Assembly (NCBI GenBank): GCA_035221665.1
Contig: CM069146.1
Coordinates: 39,680,001-39,744,000 of the forward strand
Source: Okamejei kenojei
Taxonomy: Eukaryota
DNA: 64,000 nt
Reading direction: 5' to 3'
Position 1 is the stretch's first letter. The number at the start of each line of letters is the position of its first letter. Position numbers and translations under genes: made by a program. Of this stretch, positions 60,996-64,000 are shown one piece after another. The notes below the pieces were generated by a model that had not been told where the DNA came from, did not search any database, and worked only from the letters and a program-made list of their open reading frames with translations.

Positions 60996-61332
60996 CTTAT
61001 ATTTTGATAGATATGTGGATCAGGAAGGGTTTTGGGGATATGAATCAATTGCAGGCAAATGGGACTAGCCCCAAATGCCAACTTGGTCGGCATGGACAGG
61101 TTGGCCCAAAGCTTGTTTCCATGCTGCATAGCTTTATGACTCTATTTACATAGCGAAGCCTGGGGAATCTGCCTTGTGATAGTCACTGTGGCTCCCGGGC
61201 ATTATTGCTCAGGTTTTAACAAGTCACCAAATTCGTGTTATAGAGTCATGCAGCAAGGGAACAGGCCCTTTGGCCCAACTTGCCCATGCCGATCAAGATG
61301 CCCCATCTGCGCTAGTCCCACCTGCCTGCATT

Positions 61333-61678
61333 AGAAACATAGAAACATAGAAATTAGGTGCAGGAGTAGGCCATTCAGCCCTTCGAGCCTGCACCGCCAT
61401 TCAATATGATCATGGCTGATCATCCAACTCAGTATCCCGTACCTGCCTTCTCTCCATACCCTCTGATCCCCTTAGCCACAAGGGCCACATCCAACTCACT
61501 GTTAAATATAGCCAATGAACTGGCCTCAACTACCCTCTGTGGCAGAGAGTTCCAGAGACTCACCACTCTCTGTGTGAAAAAAGTCTTTCTCATCTCGGTC
61601 TTAAAGGATTTCCCCCTTATCCTTAAGCTGTGACCCCCTTGTCCTGGACTTCCCCAACATCGGGAATAATCTTCCTGC
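61333..61678 (-). mobile_element. Young CR1 3' end inserted into an older CR1-type 3' fragment (~61240-61790)
   Basis: Near-identical to 8792-9130; (AGAAACAT)n tail on the + strand. Confidence 0.92.
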
Positions 61679-62737
61679 AGGTTGGACCATATCCTTCTAA
61701 ATCGTTCCCATCTATCTGCCCAAATGTCTTAAATGCTGTCATAGTACTTGTCTCAGCTACAGCCTCTGGCAGCTCAGTCCCTATACCCACCTCCCTACCT
61801 GTGTGTGTTCTACACAGCCTAGATATACAGTCTCTCAAGACTACTCCTCAAGGAGTGGAGGCTGTTAAAAGTTAATGTTAATCTAAAAGGCAGAGTTTTT
61901 TTAACATTGAAACTTTGTCTGATGGAAAATGTTTCAGTAGTTTGAGGCAGAATTGCTCTGTGGGTGTGCGCCAATTCGGTCAAAGCCATAAGGAGCTTTA
62001 CTCTTGTGTGCGCAATACATCGTAGGATTACAAAACACAAACTGGGCCTTCTTCACATGAGCACACATGAAAAACAGGTTGGAAGTGAAGTCACACAAGA
62101 AGCATGAACAGTCTCACTTCCTGCCACAATACAGGCCCTTGGCAGCATATCACTGCAACAAGTGGGTCAGATTTTCCCTCAGGTTGCATGTGGGTATGGG
62201 AATGGGCATTAATGGCTCTGATTATTAAAGATAGATGCATAGAGTCATGAGGTCATACAGTACAGAAGTGGGCCCTTTTGCCCAACTTGCCCATGCCAAC
62301 CAGGGGTACCCATCTATCTACACGAGTTCCACCTGCCTATGTTTGGCCTAGATCTCTTTAAACCTTTCCTATCCATATATTTGTCTGAATCAGTCCCTGG
62401 CTATCCAAATATCTTATCTTATCCCTCTGAATCCTCTCCAGTAACTTGCTTACAACACATTAGGCTCACTGGTTGATAGCTCCCAGGCATTTCCATGCGG
62501 CCTTTCTCAATTAGAGGCACAACATTAGCCACCCTCCAGTCTTCTGGCACTTCACCCACGTCTAAGAATGATTCATAAATCTCTGTAAGGACACCTGTAA
62601 ATTTGTCGCTATCCGGCCTTTGGAAGTTGGCAGGAATCCTAGTAGTTGGGTGCCTCAGCAGTAAAGGGGATAAGGGCTCAAGACACCAAATGATGTCCAG
62701 ACTATCCAGGAGGAATTAACTCACAGCTAATACACTG

Positions 62738-63930
62738 GGACGTCACAGTGGCACAGTAGTAGAGTTGCTGCCTTGCAACACCAGAGACCCAGGTTTGATC
62801 ATGACTACGGTTGCGGTCTGGACAGAGTTTGTACGTTCTCCCTGTGACCTCCTGGATTTTCTCCAAGTGCTCCGGTTTTCACCCACACTTCAAAGACGTA
62901 CAGGTTTGAAGGTTAATTGGCTTCTGTAAATTGTAAATTGTTCATAGTTGTGCCTAGTCCTGTTGTGGGACGTATTATTAATGGGGATGAGTCAGAGTAT
63001 AGAAGTGAGATCGACCGATTGACCAAATAGTGCCAGCAAGATAACCTGGCTCTCAACACCAGCAAAACCAAGGAACTGATTGTGGACTTCGGAAGGAGTA
63101 GGATGGGGACCCACAGTCACGTTTATATCAACGGGTCAATGGTGGAAAGGGTCAAGAACTTCAAATTCCTGGACGTGCATATTTCCGAAGATCTCTTCTG
63201 GTCCCAGAACACTGATGTAATCATAAAGAAAGCACATCAGCGCCTCTACTTCCTGAGAAGATTATGGAGAGTTGGTATGTCAAGGAGGACTCACTTGACT
63301 TCTACAGGTGCACAGTAGAGAGCATGCTGACCGGTTGCATTGTGGCTTGGTTCAGCAACTTGAGCGTCCAGGAGTGGAAAAGGCTGCAAATTGTTGTAAA
63401 CACTCAGGCCATCATGGGCTCTGACCTCCCTACCATCGAGGAGATCTAACGCAGTCGCTGCCTCAAAAAGGCTGGCAGCATCATCAAGGACCCACACCAT
63501 CCTGGCCACACGCTCATCTCTCCACAGCCATCAGTTAGAAGTGCAGGAGTCTGAAATTTGCAACATCCAGGTTCAAGAACAGCTTCTTCCCCACAGCCAT
63601 CTGACTATTAAACACAACTTCAAACAAAATCTGAACCATAACAGCCTATTGCACTTTATCTGTTTATTTATGTGTATATATATATATATATTCTATATGG
63701 ATATGGTCACACTGATCTGATCTGTATTTATGCCTACAATATTCTGTTGTGCTGCAGCAAGCAAGAATTTCATTGTCCTATCTGGGACACATGACAATAA
63801 ACTCTCTTGACTTGTCTCGACTGGTTTGGAGGATAATGCTAATACAGGGTGACCGCTGGTCGTCATGGACTCAGTGGGCGAAGAGCCTGTACCCGCGCTG
63901 TATCTTTAAGGTCTAAAGTCTAAAGCTAAA
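62738..63930 (+). mobile_element. HE1-like SINE split (62738-62957 and ~63829-63930) by a LINE insertion
   Basis: The head and V core precede the insertion; GGATAATGCTAAT...GCTGTATCT plus an (AAAGTCT)n tail follow it. Confidence 0.8.
62958..63812 (+). mobile_element. Rex1/Babar-type LINE 3' fragment
   Basis: VVGRIINGDESEYRSEI...NLALNTSKTKELIVDFGR...FKFLDVHISEDL...KAHQRLYFLRRL...FYRCTVESMLTGCIVAW; AATAAA plus CTTGA-type tail. Confidence 0.88.
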
Positions 63931-64000
63931 AGTAAGAAGATTTCCAATTGAGGTCCTGCTCTTGCTATTGAGATCCATTTAATTTGCACTTGTAATACAA

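Overview
Non-genic, repeat-dense eukaryotic DNA, almost certainly from a cartilaginous fish and probably a skate or ray (inferred from HE1-type V-SINEs, CR1/HER1-type LINEs and Penelope-derived repeats). There are three N gaps. I can support no host gene exon, RNA gene or CRISPR array. In order along the window: the 5' end of an L1 inserted in a Tc1 transposon (1-1942); scattered SINE, CR1 and Penelope fragments; a heavily decayed minus-strand region (~16.1-20.5 kb) that reads as a foamy-virus-like (spumaretroviral) env, with two furin sites at the expected spacing and several TM-subunit motifs in collinear order; a MITE; a structurally complete DIRS1-type tyrosine-recombinase retrotransposon with ITRs, ICR and an adenine-methyltransferase-like domain (33443-38819); a near full-length Tx1-clade LINE ending in poly(A) at a (GA)n tract (~39.5-46.1 kb); and a nested stack (46.2-58.9 kb) in which a Rex1/Babar LINE is split by a solo LTR, an L2-like LINE (itself split by a CR1) and a second CR1, with short target-site duplications at each junction. 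The most novel-looking signals are the endogenous foamy-like env remnant and an array of GNRA-tetraloop hairpins inside the Rex1 ORF. All family assignments come from manual translation and remembered motifs; no database search was run.
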